DNA from: Candidatus Eiseniibacteriota bacterium
GTDB lineage: Bacteria; Eisenbacteria; RBG-16-71-46
NCBI GenBank assembly: GCA_963717935.1
Contig: CAVQXP010000004.1
Coordinates: 1,088,001 to 1,152,000, forward strand
DNA length: 64,000 nt
Reading direction: 5' to 3'
In this document: one piece after another, positions 61,677 through 64,000 of the stretch
How positions within the stretch are numbered: the first letter of the stretch is position 1
How the letters are laid out: each line of letters opens with the position of its first letter
Notes under the pieces: generated by a model
Told to the model about the DNA's origin: nothing
The model's input: the letters and a program-made list of their open reading frames with translations, nothing else
Database searches by the model: none
Made by a program: the position numbers and the translations under genes

Positions 61677-62351
61677 ATGACGCGGCTCCTCCTGCTGCTC
61701 GGGATCGTGCTCCTGCAGGTCTCGCCCGACATCACCGGCAACCCGCGCAACCCGGTCGAGCGCCCGCACAACATGGACGAGGCCGAAGTGGACTCGCTCA
61801 GGCCCACGACGGGTGCCCGGGTCCCGGTCCTGGTGGAGGCGCTCGAGGGCGCGCCCGTGGCGCCCCGGGAACTCGACGCGTTTCTCAGGGGGTTCCGCGG
61901 GGCGTTCCAGGAGCGTGAGATCCCGACCGAGCGCGTCGCGAAGAAGACCGGCGCGGTGAGGCCGGGCGCCCCGCTGCGCAACGGGCTCCGGCTCGCGGAG
62001 GGGGTGGACGAGAAGGGGGCGTGGAGCGTGCGCGTGCGGCTCGAGTGGTTCGCGCCGCAGGACAGCGCCGCCGACTCGCTCGCGCGCGACTGGCCCGGGC
62101 GGGGCGCGCGCGTGACCGTCACGGCCGGCTGGCCCGAGGGGACGCGCATCATGCCGCCGGCGCTGCCGCGCACCGAGTGGCTGCGCTTCCCGGCCGGGCA
62201 CCCCGTGGACGCGGCCTACTACCAGCACGCCGGCTGGCAGGTGGGCTTCCTGACGCTCGAGGCGGTGCTGCGCGCGAAGGGCGAGCTGAACGACGACCAG
62301 CGCCTGCGGCTCGAGGACACGCGCCGCATCACGCCGGCCGCGGCCCGATGA
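61677..62351 (+). CDS. Hypothetical secreted or membrane-anchored protein
   Basis: Hydrophobic N-terminus, typical codon usage, ATGA overlap with the FIST gene. Confidence 0.7.
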   Translation: MTRLLLLLGIVLLQVSPDITGNPRNPVERPHNMDEAEVDSLRPTTGARVPVLVEALEGAPVAPRELDAFLRGFRGAFQEREIPTERVAKKTGAVRPGAPLRNGLRLAEGVDEKGAWSVRVRLEWFAPQDSAADSLARDWPGRGARVTVTAGWPEGTRIMPPALPRTEWLRFPAGHPVDAAYYQHAGWQVGFLTLEAVLRAKGELNDDQRLRLEDTRRITPAAAR

Positions 62352-63568
62352 GCGCCGGCGCCCCGGGGGAGGGCATGCGCTGGGCCGCCGCATCCTCGCG
62401 TCTCGCCGATTCGGCGGCCGCCGCGGTCGAAGCCGCCGACACGCTCGCCGTCGCGCTCGGCGAAGGCCCGGTGGACCTCGTGCTGGCCTTCTTCAGCGTG
62501 CACCACGTCGCCTCGGCCGAGCCGCTCGCGCAGGCCCTGCGAGAACGCCTGCGCCCGGGCTGCCTCGCGGGAGCGAGCGGCCACGGGGTGGTGACGAGCG
62601 AGCACGAGATCGAAGGCGCGCACGCTCTCTCGCTGATCGCCGCGCGCCTGCCGGGGGTCACGGTCGCGCCGTTCGTGCTGGTGAGCGAGGGTTGGGACGA
62701 GGCCCTCGGCGATGCGGCCGCCTTCGCACGGATGGCTCCCGGCGTGGTGGGGGCGGAGCTCGTGCTGGTGCTGGGCGATCCGTTCAGCCTCGAGCTGGCG
62801 GGCCTGTTCGCCGCGTGCCAGCGGCAGGCCACCGGCGTGCGGCTGGTGGGCGGGCTCGCCAGCGCGGCGCCGCGGCCCGGTTCGAACGCGCTGCTCCTCA
62901 ACGACTGGGTCGCCAGCGGAGGTGGAGTGGCGGTGGCGCTCTCGGGGGCCCTGCGTGCCGACGTGGTGGTCTCGCAGGGATGCAGGGCCATCGGTCCGCC
63001 GCTCACCGTGACCCGGGGTGAGGGCAACGTGATCGCCGAGCTCGACGGCCGGCCCGCGATCGAGCGGGTCGAGGAGGTGCTCCAGGAACTGCCCGAGGGC
63101 GAGCACGAACGGCTCCAGGGCGGGCTCTACGTCGGGCTTCCGGTGCGCCCCGACGCCGCGGGGTGCGGTGACTACCTGATCCGCGCGCTGCTCGGCGGTG
63201 ACCATGCGCGCGGGCTGATCGCGGTGGGCGACCGCGTGGTGGTGGGCCAGCAGATGCGGCTCCATGTGCGTGACGCCGGGACCGCACGCGAGGACCTGGA
63301 GATGCTGCTCTCGCCGCAGGCCTTCGACACGCCCGCGCGCGCCGCGCTGCTGTTCGCCTGCAACAGCCGCGGGCACGGGCTCTTCGGCACCGCGGACGGC
63401 GACATCGGCCGGCTCCAGGCCGCGCTCGGCGGCGGGGTGCCGGTGGCCGGGATGTTCTGCGCGGGCGAGGTCGGCCCGGTCGGTGAGCGGAATTTCCTGC
63501 ACGGGCACACCGCGAGCATCGCCATCATCCGGCCGGGGACGGTGGCCGGGAGTGGCGGGACGCACTAA
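62348..63568 (+). CDS. FIST N/C domain protein
   Basis: LVGGLAS, VSQGCRAIG, NVIAELDGRPA, ALLFACNSRG, GMFCAGEVGP. Confidence 0.92.
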   Translation: MSAGAPGEGMRWAAASSRLADSAAAAVEAADTLAVALGEGPVDLVLAFFSVHHVASAEPLAQALRERLRPGCLAGASGHGVVTSEHEIEGAHALSLIAARLPGVTVAPFVLVSEGWDEALGDAAAFARMAPGVVGAELVLVLGDPFSLELAGLFAACQRQATGVRLVGGLASAAPRPGSNALLLNDWVASGGGVAVALSGALRADVVVSQGCRAIGPPLTVTRGEGNVIAELDGRPAIERVEEVLQELPEGEHERLQGGLYVGLPVRPDAAGCGDYLIRALLGGDHARGLIAVGDRVVVGQQMRLHVRDAGTAREDLEMLLSPQAFDTPARAALLFACNSRGHGLFGTADGDIGRLQAALGGGVPVAGMFCAGEVGPVGERNFLHGHTASIAIIRPGTVAGSGGTH

Positions 63569-63656
63569 GGTCGATCCGGCCGGTTCCGGGGCGCATCCAA
63601 CCGTCCTCGGCAGCGCACTTCCAGCACGCTCCCCCGGGCCAGTGAGAGGCATCTCC

Positions 63657-63704
63657 ATGAGCGTTCATCCTGAGGTCTTGATCGTGGGCGCCGCGCGCAC
63701 CTGA
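63657..63704 (+). pseudogene. 15-codon remnant of a thiolase (acetyl-CoA acetyltransferase) N-terminus
   Basis: GAGAGG SD then MSVHPEVLIVGAART*, resembling the thiolase start V.IV.A.RTP; lies directly upstream of hbd. Confidence 0.55.
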
Positions 63705-63714
63705 GGAGGACACG

Positions 63715-64000
63715 ATGACCACCACGAGCACGACTCCCGGTGGCGGCCCGGCCGCCGGGGTGAAGAAGGTCGCCGTCGTGGGCGGTGGCACCATGGGGAA
63801 CGGCATCGCCCAGACGTTCGCCGCCGCCGGCTTCGACGTCGAGCTGGTGGACGTGAAGCCCGAGTTCGTGGAGCGCGCGCTGGGGGCGATCGCGGCGAGC
63901 CTCGCGCGAATGGCGAAGAAGCAGGAGTGGCCGGCGGATCGCGTGCCGGCCGTGCTCGCGCGCGTCCACGGCGGCACGAGTCTCGACGTCGCGCACGACT
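63715..64000 (+). CDS. hbd: 3-hydroxyacyl/3-hydroxybutyryl-CoA dehydrogenase (partial, runs off the window)
   Basis: GAGGAGG SD; VKKVAVVGGGTMGNGIAQTFAAAGFDVELVDV. Confidence 0.88.
   Translation, partial: MTTTSTTPGGGPAAGVKKVAVVGGGTMGNGIAQTFAAAGFDVELVDVKPEFVERALGAIAASLARMAKKQEWPADRVPAVLARVHGGTSLDVAHD

Overview
Very GC-rich bacterial chromosomal segment with no tRNA, rRNA, CRISPR array or mobile element that I can support. A C-terminal TWG motif and an FCB-type TPR lipoprotein hint at an FCB-related candidate phylum such as Ca. Eisenbacteria (inference only). From left to right: (1) a protease-DUF442 fusion divergent from a PadR regulator; (2) a pyrimidine operon pyrB-pyrC-[TPR lipoprotein]-pyrK-pyrD-pyrF with a PyrR-binding RNA leader but no pyrR gene in the window; (3) an ECF sigma/ZAS anti-sigma pair; (4) a minus-strand block of PAS kinase, NtrC-type activator, a sigma54-driven Asp-less receiver and a strongly diverged GlpX-like phosphatase; (5) a ~37 kb surface-glycan locus (16.9-54.3 kb) that opens with an ACP-SDR-acyl ligase-LuxE-LuxC-GNAT-deacetylase module lacking luxAB/luxD; (6) khpA-rimM-trmD-[lipoprotein]-rplS-rnhB-yraN without rpsP; (7) glycolipid synthase, thioesterase, methyltransferase, FIST protein, a 15-codon thiolase remnant and a truncated hbd. 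Clustered single-base frameshifts, including one in rimM, look like sequencing or assembly errors. Best candidate for an undescribed system: the luciferase-less Lux acyl module coupled to a GNAT and a deacetylase.
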